Below, piece after piece: positions 14,602-23,600 of a DNA stretch of 64,000 nt. This DNA is from Azolla caroliniana (taxonomy: Eukaryota; Plantae; Polypodiophyta). Each line of letters starts with the position of its first letter. Position 1 is the first letter of the stretch. The stretch covers positions 31,248,001 through 31,312,000 of the forward strand of contig JBHGNT010000001.1 in NCBI GenBank assembly GCA_043228905.1, read 5' to 3'. The translations under genes and the position numbers were made by a program. The notes under the pieces were generated by a model, which was given only the letters and a program-made list of their open reading frames with translations, was not told the origin of the DNA and ran no database searches.

Positions 14602-14613
14602 AACTCCCCCTTC
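14602..14613 (-). promoter_or_regulatory. Polypurine tract
   Basis: GAAGGGGGAGTT immediately precedes the TG of the 3' LTR and overlaps the pol stop codon. Confidence 0.9.
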
Positions 14614-17600
14614 ACTTCGGCATGGGATGTCTCTCCAATCCGATCCTCTTCCGGCATGCTTCCAGCTTGTCGGGTGTGAGCACCTTGGTCAGCATATCCG
14701 ACCCGTTCTCGTCCGTGTGGAGCTTCGTCAGCACGAACTCCTTGTCTTCTATCCTTTCCCGGATCCAGTGATATCTTCGCTGGATGTGCTTCGTCCGGGA
14801 GTGATAGGCCGCGTTCTTCGCAAGGTGGATTGCACTCTGACTGTCGCAGTAGAGTCGGTACTCCTCCTGCCGGATACCGAGCTCTCTAATGAAGTCCTTC
14901 ATCCATATTACTTCCTTGCCGGCTTCAACAGCTGCCATGTACTCCGCCTCCGTGGTTGACAACGCAACCGTCTTCTGCAGCCTCGATTGCCACGAAACGG
15001 CTCCCCCTGCATACGTCATCACATACCCTGATGTGGACCGGCTGGTATCTGCATCAGCCGACATATCCGAATCGGTGAAGCCGTCGAGTTCGGGCTTACC
15101 GGAGCCGAATCGGAGGCACACATTCGCTGTGCCCTTCAGGTATCGGAGTATCCACTTGACCGCGTTCCAGTGCTCTTTGCCGGGATTGCTCATGTACCGG
15201 CTCACCACTCCGACTGCGTATCCTATATCCGGTCTCGTACACACCATGGCGTACATCAAGCTCCCGACGGCTGAGGCATACGGCACTTTCATCATATCCT
15301 CCTTTTCAGCTTTTGTCTTGGGACATTGCTTGCTGGACAGCTTGCAGTTTGCCGGGAGGGTCGATCCGACCGGTCTTGCTTCCGACATGTTGAACCGGTG
15401 AAGCACCTTCGTCACGTACTTCTCCTGTGACAGCCACAACTGCTTCTTCTTCCGGTCCCGGATGATGTGCATCCCTAGTATTTGCCTCGCCGGACCCAGG
15501 TCCTTCATTGAGAAGGTTCGGTGAAGAGCCTTCTTCAGCATCCGTATCTTGACCTGGTCCCGTCCGACGATCAACATGTCGTCCACGTACAGGAGGAGTA
15601 TTAGAGAGTCTCCTCCTTCGAACTTCTTCACAAACACGCAGTGATCAGCCTGCGTTTTGTGGTACCCTTCGTCGGTCATGAAGGAGTCGAACTTCCGGTA
15701 CCATTGCCGGGGAGCCTGCTTCAGTCCGTAAAGGCTCTTCTTCAACCGGCATACCAGGTGCTCCTTCCCTTTCTTCTCGAATCCTTCCGGTTGCTGCATG
15801 TAGATCTCTTCTTCGAGGTCACCGTGAAGGAATGCCGTCTTCACGTCCATCTGTTCTACCTCGAGGTCCATGCTTGCCGCTATGCTCAGCACCGTCCGGA
15901 TGGAGGTCATCTTCACTACCGGGGCAAATATCTCGTCGAAGTCGACGCCCTTCTTCTGCTGGAACCCCTTCACCACGATCCTGGCTTTGTATCTCTGGGG
16001 GTTTCCGGCATCTCCCGGTTTCAGCTTGAACACCCACTTGTTTCGAAGTGCCCGCTTTCCTTTCGGCAACTCCACAAGTTCATATGTGTGGTTCTCATGC
16101 AGGGAATCCATCTCCTCCTGCATGGCACTTAACCACCTGCGGCTCTGGGTGTCGTGCTTTGCTTCTTCAAAGCTCTCCGGCTCCCCCTCGTCGGTTAGCA
16201 GCACGTGCTCTGGTTCCGGAAATCTCCGGGGGGCCCTTCTCTCTCTTAGAGGATATCTCCGTTCGGGAGCTTCGGTAACCGGTTCTTCCGATTCTTCTTC
16301 TTCATCCGAATCCATTTCGGGATCGGGGCCGGTTCCGGTATCATTTTCATCTTCTTCAGCCGGTTCTGTTTCTTCACCGTCTTCGGCCGGGTCTTCGAGT
16401 GTTAACCGGTCCCTTGCCGGTCGGGACTGCTCCTCGTAGAGTTTATCCTCACCGGTCGACTTGGAGCTCTTCATCTTCTTCTCCGACTCCCAGTCGGCGA
16501 GCGTCTTGTCCTCCATGAAAATGATATCTCGACTCCTGAATATCTTCTTGTCGACCGGGTCCCATACTCGGTAGCCGAACTCGTCGTCGCCGTAACCGAG
16601 GAATATGCATGGCCGGGTCTTTGGATCTAACTTTCCTCTCCGGTCCTTTGCCACATGCACGTATGTGAGACACCCGAACACCTTCAGATGCCGGTAGGAC
16701 ACTTCCTTACCGGTCCACACTTTCTGCGGCGTGTCTCCGTCCAAAGGTACTGAGGGTGATCTATTTATCACATACGTCGCCGTCGACATTGCCTCAGCCC
16801 AAAATCCCTTGGGTAGTTTCGCATGCGCTAGCATACTCCGGACCCTCTCCATTATGGTCCGGTTCATCCTCTCGGCCAGCCCGTTCAGTTCCGGCGTCTT
16901 CGGCACAGTAAACTCGAGCCGGATTCCCTTCGTGCGGCAGTACTCCTGGAACTGCCCCCGGTATTCCCCTCCGTTATCCGCTCGTATCGCTTTCAGCTTC
17001 TTGCCGGATTCTCTTTCCACTCTCGCGTGGAGTTCTCTGAAGACGGACAACACTTGGTCCTTTGTCTTCAACGGTGCCGTCCACAGCTTCCGGCTGTGAT
17101 CATCAATGAATGTCACGAAGTACTGGGCTCCGCCATGTGACTTCGTTTCTACCTGACACACATCAGTGTGCACCAGCTCCAAGGGTGCGCTACGTCTCGT
17201 CGGTGGCCTTGAGTGGAAGGAGGTCCGGTTTTGCTTACCGGCCAGGCAGTCGGTGCACTTCTCCAGGTGCACATGCTTCACTGGAATAAGGTTGTCTTCT
17301 GCAAGCCTCTTCATCCCCTTCTCACTCATGTGGCACAGTCTTTTGTGCCACAGCTCACCGGCAGTGTCGGCTGCTACATTCAGCTCTTCCGGACATAACC
17401 GGGCATTCATCAGGTACAGAGTGTTGACCTTCCGGGCCCGAGCCACTATCAGGCTCCCCTTGCTGAACTTCATTACGCCGTTCCGGATGCTACCCGTGTA
17501 GCCTTCATCATCTAGCCTCCCGACCGAGATCAGGTTCAATCGGACCTCCGGAACGTGTCGCACATCCTTCAACAGCATCTTGCATCCGGTTGATGTCATC

Positions 17601-18688
17601 AGCCACACGTCTCCTATGCCGGCTATCCGGCACGTACCTTCATTTCCCATCCGGACACAGCCGTGCTCACCGGCTGTGTAGGATGAGAAGTATTTCTTCT
17701 CCGGGGTCAGGTGGAACGACGCTCCGGAATCGACCACCCAGGTCATCTCTACGCCGGCAAGGTTCAGCTCCCTCTCTTCGGTAATGAGCATTATCTCTTC
17801 TTCACTTGCCGCGAGTGCCGTCGTTCCTTTCCGGTCCTGCCCTCGCCGATCCGGACCTCTCCGGTCCGTGGCTCCCCGGTATGCACCGTTTCTCTCCGGT
17901 GATTTCTTCGAATCGGTGTCGTCGGCTCCGTTGTCCTTTCGGTAATGCCGACAATTTTTCCGGAAGTGCCCCGGCTTCCCACAGTGGAAGCAAATGGGTC
18001 TTCCTCTTGACTGCGACCGGGTCCCCGACTTCTCCCGTCTTTGCGGACTCCGGTTCCAGTGTCTTCCCCGTTCCGATTCGGTAAGCAGCGCCTTCGAGTC
18101 GGAGGCCGGTTCTTTATCTCTCCGACGCGCTTCTTCATTTAGAATACTTGTCTTTACCGTTTGTAGGGACAAGTTGTCTTCCGTGCAGGAGGTGCTGAGA
18201 GTCACCACCAAGTTCTCCCAGCTGTCCGGCAATGTACACATCAGGATGATGGCTTGCATTGCATCCTCCAACGGGAACTTGATCGCCGCAAGCTGGTTCA
18301 CGAATCCCATGAACGTGCTTACGTGTTCCACCATACTCTCGCCGTCCCGGTACTTGAGATTCACAATCTTCCTCATCAGGGAGGTCCGGTTCAACGCATT
18401 CTTCCTCTCATAGAGGCCCGACAGCTTCTTCCACATCTCGTATGCGTTGGTGTCGTTCGCCACATGTTGTAGGACGCTTACATCGACGTATTGTCGGATC
18501 GTCGCTACGGCTTTCCGGTTCAGGAGCTTCCACTCCGACTCAAGTACCCCTTTCGGTATTTCCGACCTGTCAATCGGTTCGTACAGGTCCCGAACAATCA
18601 GAAGATCCTCCATCTTGATCTTCCAGTCGGCGTAATTCTGTGCATTCAGCACCATCATCATCGGCTGCCCGCTGCCGCCGCCTTCCAT
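14612..18688 (-). CDS. Copia Gag-Pol polyprotein (1358 aa from the ATG at 18688)
   Basis: Zinc knuckle CFHCGKPGHFRKNC, protease DSGAS, WHKRLCH, integrase HTD..DNGGEY..NGLAER, RT LLYVDD and RNase H TDSD..TEAEY..CDSQSA, in copia order PR-INT-RT-RH. No stops or frameshifts. Confidence 0.97.
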   Translation of the reverse strand: MEGGGSGQPMMMVLNAQNYADWKIKMEDLLIVRDLYEPIDRSEIPKGVLESEWKLLNRKAVATIRQYVDVSVLQHVANDTNAYEMWKKLSGLYERKNALNRTSLMRKIVNLKYRDGESMVEHVSTFMGFVNQLAAIKFPLEDAMQAIILMCTLPDSWENLVVTLSTSCTEDNLSLQTVKTSILNEEARRRDKEPASDSKALLTESERGRHWNRSPQRREKSGTRSQSRGRPICFHCGKPGHFRKNCRHYRKDNGADDTDSKKSPERNGAYRGATDRRGPDRRGQDRKGTTALAASEEEIMLITEERELNLAGVEMTWVVDSGASFHLTPEKKYFSSYTAGEHGCVRMGNEGTCRIAGIGDVWLMTSTGCKMLLKDVRHVPEVRLNLISVGRLDDEGYTGSIRNGVMKFSKGSLIVARARKVNTLYLMNARLCPEELNVAADTAGELWHKRLCHMSEKGMKRLAEDNLIPVKHVHLEKCTDCLAGKQNRTSFHSRPPTRRSAPLELVHTDVCQVETKSHGGAQYFVTFIDDHSRKLWTAPLKTKDQVLSVFRELHARVERESGKKLKAIRADNGGEYRGQFQEYCRTKGIRLEFTVPKTPELNGLAERMNRTIMERVRSMLAHAKLPKGFWAEAMSTATYVINRSPSVPLDGDTPQKVWTGKEVSYRHLKVFGCLTYVHVAKDRRGKLDPKTRPCIFLGYGDDEFGYRVWDPVDKKIFRSRDIIFMEDKTLADWESEKKMKSSKSTGEDKLYEEQSRPARDRLTLEDPAEDGEETEPAEEDENDTGTGPDPEMDSDEEEESEEPVTEAPERRYPLRERRAPRRFPEPEHVLLTDEGEPESFEEAKHDTQSRRWLSAMQEEMDSLHENHTYELVELPKGKRALRNKWVFKLKPGDAGNPQRYKARIVVKGFQQKKGVDFDEIFAPVVKMTSIRTVLSIAASMDLEVEQMDVKTAFLHGDLEEEIYMQQPEGFEKKGKEHLVCRLKKSLYGLKQAPRQWYRKFDSFMTDEGYHKTQADHCVFVKKFEGGDSLILLLYVDDMLIVGRDQVKIRMLKKALHRTFSMKDLGPARQILGMHIIRDRKKKQLWLSQEKYVTKVLHRFNMSEARPVGSTLPANCKLSSKQCPKTKAEKEDMMKVPYASAVGSLMYAMVCTRPDIGYAVGVVSRYMSNPGKEHWNAVKWILRYLKGTANVCLRFGSGKPELDGFTDSDMSADADTSRSTSGYVMTYAGGAVSWQSRLQKTVALSTTEAEYMAAVEAGKEVIWMKDFIRELGIRQEEYRLYCDSQSAIHLAKNAAYHSRTKHIQRRYHWIRERIEDKEFVLTKLHTDENGSDMLTKVLTPDKLEACRKRIGLERHPMPK

Positions 18689-18702
18689 TTTCTGCAACAG
18701 TC

Positions 18703-18714
18703 GCTCTGATACCA
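18703..18714 (-). promoter_or_regulatory. Primer binding site for initiator tRNA-Met
   Basis: TGGTATCAGAGC on the minus strand, 3 nt inside the 5' LTR. Confidence 0.95.
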
Positions 18715-18717
18715 CTT

Positions 18718-19585
18718 TGTAAAGCTTTGACGCTATCAAATCTTTCGCCTCTCGGCCACAACCGAGACAACACGGATCAATGCAGCAGAAAAATGAAAAC
18801 AGAGACACAGAGAGATGAATACACAGGGTATAACGTGGAAAACCCTAAACGGGAAAAACCACGGGAGTGCACGACTCCAACTACCACTATACACTGGAAT
18901 ATACAATGGCGAGCTGCAAGGCGACGACCTTGAGCTCGCTGTCCTCGCCACAGGCGGCGGTATTACACAGAGGCGTCGACCTCTTCGTTTCTCTCTCTCT
19001 CTCTCTCGGCTGCTCTCACTTCGCTCCCTCTAAGTGGAAAAACAGACAATGAGCAACAACCACATAAAACTGTTTGCCCTAAGTCATATTTATACACATA
19101 TGACTTTCGGGCTATTTACAAATATAGCCTCAAGGGCTCTTGGCAAACATATTCACAAATATGTCTCCGCATCCGGATCTCTCTCCGGGTACATTCATCA
19201 TCCGGTTCCGTAACCGGGGTCTTCATCATCCGGCTCCGTAACCGGGGTCTTCATCATCCGGCTCCGTAACCGGGGTCTTCATCATCCGGCTCCGTAACCG
19301 GGGTCTTCATCATCCGGCTCCGTAACCGGGGTCTTCATCATCCGGCTCCGTAACCGGGGTCTTCATCATCCGGTTCCGTAACCGGGGTCTTCATCATCCG
19401 GCTCCGTAACCGGGGTCTTCATCATCCGGTTCCGTAACCGGGGTCTTCATCATCCGGCTCCGTAACCGGGGTCTTCATCATCCGGCTCCGTAACCGGGGT
19501 CTTCATCATCCGGTTCCGTAACCGCAACCGGGCTTGCCGTCATTCATCTCCGGACATCCCATCCGGAGGGACCGTAATCCCAACA
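18718..19585 (-). repeat. 5' LTR (868 bp) with 12 copies of the 28-bp unit (19195-19524)
   Basis: Matches the other LTR at offset 4928. It is 56 bp longer, which equals two extra units. Confidence 0.97.
19087..19094 (-). promoter_or_regulatory. LTR TATA box (copy at 14159-14166)
   Basis: TATAAATA on the minus strand, downstream of the 28-bp array, which places the array in U3. Confidence 0.75.
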
Positions 19586-20600
19586 CATATTGTATTGTAT
19601 GAGTTAACAAAACTTTGATAGAGAACAAATATCTTGTAGATGGTATGCTCATTTGGCCATATGAGCTTAGCGAAGAGGCTTATGCCACTAATGCACGTGT
19701 AGTTGGGAACAATATGTACATAAGCATGCATGCAGGGAAATTTATATGCAATATCCAAAATTCTTAGGTTATGCATGTAAATTGAAGAAGGCATTGTATG
19801 TATTACCAACAACGAACATCAAGTGCTTAATTACGCATGGATTTGAAATATCAAAGTTTGTGTATATGTTAGTTAGTACAATGGAATCATTCTCATTGTG
19901 AATTGTGCGGATGTTTATATCCTTGAATGCTCAAGAGGCATCAAACCTTTGTTGTTGGAGGGATATATTTAACCTTTGGTTTGAAGAGAAAGAGAGAAGG
20001 ATAATATCATTGAAGTAGACACATATTGCACAATGCTTAATATGAGGAGTCACGGTATGACAAACATTTTTTTTGTGTATATTTTGGGATTTAAGAAATA
20101 TATGATGATTAACTATTCAATTTGTATGATTTCATTATCTTTGTCAGGTAGTTATGTTTATTTGTGTATTTTCTATAGTAATAAAATGTATAATAATGAA
20201 GTATCATATAGAGAGAGCTTTTCGTTATTAAAACTTGTACGCCAAAATGACATATATTAGTTTTTTTGCACTCTGAATGTCATAAGACATACATCTTTAA
20301 AAAATGCCCGTCAAAAAAAACTTAAAAGACTAACCAGTCAAATTCAGGCGCAGAACTGCGGAGACTGTTGATGGATCGGGCGTTGACGATGGAATCAAGA
20401 GGGTTAGTTGAAGAAAGACTGTGAGAGGCAGCGAGTGAAGGTGAACATGGAGGGATCCATCCCACTGATTCTATGAAGCTCTTGGATTCTCATTCTGAAG
20501 AAGGAAGCAGCAGAAGCAGAAGCAGAAGCAGAAGCAGAAGCAGCAGCAGAAGCAGCAGCAGGAAGAGGAAGAAGAAGAGGAAGTGGAAGTGGGAGAGGAG

Positions 20601-23600
20601 ATGCTGAAGAAGAAGGTAGCCTCGCTGATCGCCTCTGTTACTTCTTCCGACGTCCACCACCATCGACTGGCTTTCTTCGCTCTCTCCTGCACCTCCCTCA
20701 TCCTCATTTACTCCTTTTTCTTCCTGCTCCCGCCTTTCAACACAACCGCCATTACCTCCTCTCCTCCTCCTCCTCCTCCTCCTCCTCGACTCCCTTTACT
20801 TACGCCGTCTCCCTCTCCAGCAGCTTTCGATCCTTCGCCTTTTGATTCCAACTCAGGCTCCCCTCCGATGATGATGATGATCGGAGGAGACGAATCCTCG
20901 GCTGCTGCCGTCTTCTTCAGAAACGCCCCTTGGAAAGCTGCCATTGGTCACTGGTTCTCCCGATGCTATGAAGCGTCAACTCCCTTCTCCCTCAACGAGG
21001 TCAGCCCTCCCTTTCCCCAAATCTTTCCACATACACACACATACCTACATTGCGCACATATAAATCAACCAAAACGCTTGGACATATAATGCAACGCTCA
21101 CATCTAATGAGTCTTGATACACTGATGAGATAGCAGTTGTTAAAAGCCCCTAGTGCGGAAGACCTGCTAATAAGAGATCTGGACCTTCAGACCTACCGTG
21201 AATATGAACACACCCTTAGCTGAAGGGTTTAAGATCAAGGATCCCAAAACTCACATTTTGATCATTGGGTGAACAACTTGCATACTCCGGATTCATGGCC
21301 TCAGGCCTCAGGCCGATTATAACTTTTCTGAAGTGGGTGAAATCTAAAGAGGTTTGGAGGAAGCTTTGAGAATATGGCACCCTGTTTTTCTCCAAGTAAA
21401 GAATCCACCTTCTGGTCTACGCCTTACTTAGAAAAGAGAAGATCATGAGCACATTGAACTCTTCATTGTTTATGGGGCTCATTCTACTAATTTGGGTTAA
21501 TTCTAAATTCGTTTGCATGTCGTGTACAATCTCTAAAGCTCATTTAGCTGATGCCCAGGGTTGCAATGTGCAAGGTTCAACAATGTGGTCCTTTTCATAA
21601 TCACAGGTCAAAATCAAATTTTGACAAGATAATCTAGATGCTAATCCTTTGCATAAACATAGAAAAAATATTGGGATGATTGAAATGAATCAGTGTACAG
21701 GGGGCAATTGCAGTTGATTTACTCGTGGCAGATGTATTATAACGAGAAGACACCATGATGTCATCTGAGAACAATGTTTACAAATGTATTTTCTGTCTGA
21801 TTGCCTGTCATATCTGGATGTTCACTTCGGTCTTAGACGTTTATCTTGATTTCAAGGGCACTACTGAACTGAATTCATCAATAATCTTTTAGAAATACCT
21901 GTTTGTGTTTGATTTTCTTAGGTATTGAGGATTATAGCAATGCAAAATGTATTACTTTTTTATCTTCATCATTGTATTATGTTTCATATTCATCACTTAA
22001 AAGGGGTTTGTTTATGGAAGTTATAAATCCTAAACCTTACACCCACATTTCCAGAAGTGCTTGTTTGTCATTTAGTGCTAGACATATCTGGAATATCATT
22101 CCCAATTCCTGGGTATGACATTTGCAACTCATGTCTCTGATGTTTGGAAATGTCCCTGTGAATTTTTATTATTGCATCATGTAATACAAATATTCTTTAT
22201 AAAAAGAATGCGAGGGCATAATCATCTGATAATATTAACCACCATGCAAGCTAACCTTTCTGAGTATTTTCTATCCTCAAACATATACCATTACTATATC
22301 CATTTTATGGAAAAAGCGATGAAATTCAAACAGGGGGAAGTAACAAACATTAGGAAATGATTACTGCAGAATCCTGTCAGTTCACACCTCAAACTTGTAG
22401 TATCGTTTCTGTAATCTAGGATGGATCAGATGCAGTCTTACAGTGTCAGCAGTTTGATCATATATGCTAGTTTTTTTTAAATCAGGTTTATTATGGATCT
22501 TCTAAATGCTTCTGGTTAAAATCGGCTTATGTAGACCACTTTCGGCAGGCTCTGCCCAAATAACTGTAGTCAGAATGGGATATGCAACCATGAAGAAGGG
22601 CAATGCAGATGTTTCCATGGATTTGAAGGTGAGCATTTCAACCCTTGATGATCTTACTTTATTGTTCTGTCACACAAAAAAATTGAAGATTGCACTTATA
22701 TGTTTATCCACAATTTTTTAAATGCAGTTTACTTGTTTTTGTGTGCTTTTGAAATGTATTTGGAAACATCCTGATTCATTCTGCTTACTAAAGCATTTAT
22801 TTTCTTTTGATGCTAAATATATATTTCCATCGTAGGTCCAGGTTGTGAGAACCTTTTGAATCTAGAGTGCAATTTGGAGCCGTCAACAGATTGGCCTTAT
22901 GGTCGATGGGTAGTATCCATATGCTCTGCATTTTGTGACAAAAGAAAAGCAAAGTGTTTTTGTGGAAGTGGTACTAAGTATCCAGAGCGCCCGGTCGCAG
23001 AAGCTTGTGGCTTTTCTCTTAGGTACTACTACCATGTTGCTTCTACTCTTGCATTTTTCTGCGTTGCTGAAGGGATGCCACATGAATAAAGGGATTGCAT
23101 TTATGTCAATCACCTGCAAGTCATTTCTATATACGATCCGCTTGCTGGTTTAATTTATCTAACACGATTGATGTTTAGTACCATGCAATTCTAGGTTGAA
23201 ACGATCAGATTGAAAAAGTGGATATTAGGTATTTGCTCTAATGTGACTTAATCTTTATTGCGCTCAAGATGTGAGAAGGGTTTCCTTGAAAGGGACGACC
23301 CATATGGTGATCATGGAAATGGGAATATAATATGATGTTTTAATGGTCCTTACATAATTAAGCATGACAGGGGTATGGCAGCATAAATGAGAGTGCATGC
23401 AAAGAAGAGATGGGAACTATGAGGTACCTCGTTTTCTTTGGATCATAAATGCTTCAGGAAATCGCAACATTTATTCACACATGTATGATATGTGGGATAT
23501 TTACTAAGCCATTATGATCATCACTTTCTTGTGCGACCATGTGTTTCATTATATGTAATCTTGGCAATAATACAATAATATGTCTTTTTCAGAAATACGT

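Larger units (their letters stand above)
13790..19585 (-). mobile_element. Intact Ty1/copia LTR retrotransposon (Tto1/Tnt1-like), 5796 bp
   Basis: TG...CA LTRs at 13790-14601 and 18718-19585. Perfect 5-bp TSD CATAT at 13785-13789 and 19586-19590. tRNA-iMet PBS, PPT and an uninterrupted gag-pol ORF are all present. Confidence 0.98.

Noticed and set aside
14627-18709. Many antisense and alternate-frame ORFs in the copia element
   Set aside because: They are expected shadows of GC-rich coding DNA and show no recognisable domains or single long frame.
18689-18808. 40-aa N-terminal extension of Gag-Pol shown in the ORF track
   Set aside because: It starts at a non-ATG codon within U5 and crosses the PBS. 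The first ATG after the PBS (18688) is the plausible start.
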